A DNA stretch of 37,182 nt from Octopus bimaculoides. Taxonomy: Eukaryota. Every line of letters starts with the position of its first letter. The first letter of the stretch is position 1. The position numbers and the translations under genes were made by a program. Location: NCBI RefSeq assembly GCF_001194135.2, contig NC_068985.1, positions 90,418,952-90,456,133 of the forward strand, in the 5' to 3' direction. This document shows, piece by piece, positions 37,055-37,182 of the stretch. The notes under the pieces are model-generated. The model saw only the letters and a program-made list of their open reading frames with translations, did no database searches and was not told the origin of the DNA.

Positions 37055-37182
37055 GTGTCGAGCGAAAAGCACGTCGAGATGCTAGGCGAGACACTTAAAG
37101 AATACGAAACGGTGACAGGAGCAAAAATTAACCCGGAAATGTCAGTGGGTTTGTTACTCGGCACCTGGAGAAGCAAGCCCAT
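37055..37182 (+). mobile_element. Tx1/L1-clade LINE reverse transcriptase fragment, 5'-truncated, running off the window
   Basis: Open frame VSSEKHVEMLGETLKEYETVTGAKINPEMSVGLLLGTWRSKP matches the region after the YADD motif in Tx1/L1 RTs (Y...SGAKIN..KS.GL.LG.W). Confidence 0.78.

Overview
This is AT-rich, microsatellite-dense eukaryotic DNA from a gapped draft assembly (ten N runs). The SINE families look like those I recall from octopus/cephalopod genomes, so the taxon is an inference. No host protein-coding gene, rRNA, true tRNA or CRISPR array can be supported. Most ORF-track entries are artefacts of microsatellites or N gaps, and the rest are unrecognisable or transposon fragments. What can be supported is a set of decayed mobile elements. 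(1) Three tRNA-type SINE families, labelled A, B and C here. (2) A ~1.9 kb 5'-truncated CR1/L2-group LINE RT pseudogene (8800-10715, minus) and two further LINE fragments of that group. (3) An R4/Dong-like retrotransposon 3' end abutting a (TAA)n tract. (4) A Tx1/L1-like RT fragment abutting a (TATC)n tract. (5) Two mariner remnants, plus Chapaev3-like transposase and terminus remnants. Structure these do not explain: a ~257 bp near-perfect palindrome (35534-35790), a 103 bp hairpin (11956-12058) and a chain of plus-strand splice-like mini-exons. One LINE 3' tail also matches the SINE-A tail, suggesting a SINE/LINE partnership. I found no convincing evidence of an intact novel biological system; the findings are leads. 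Element boundaries are approximate unless a motif position is quoted.
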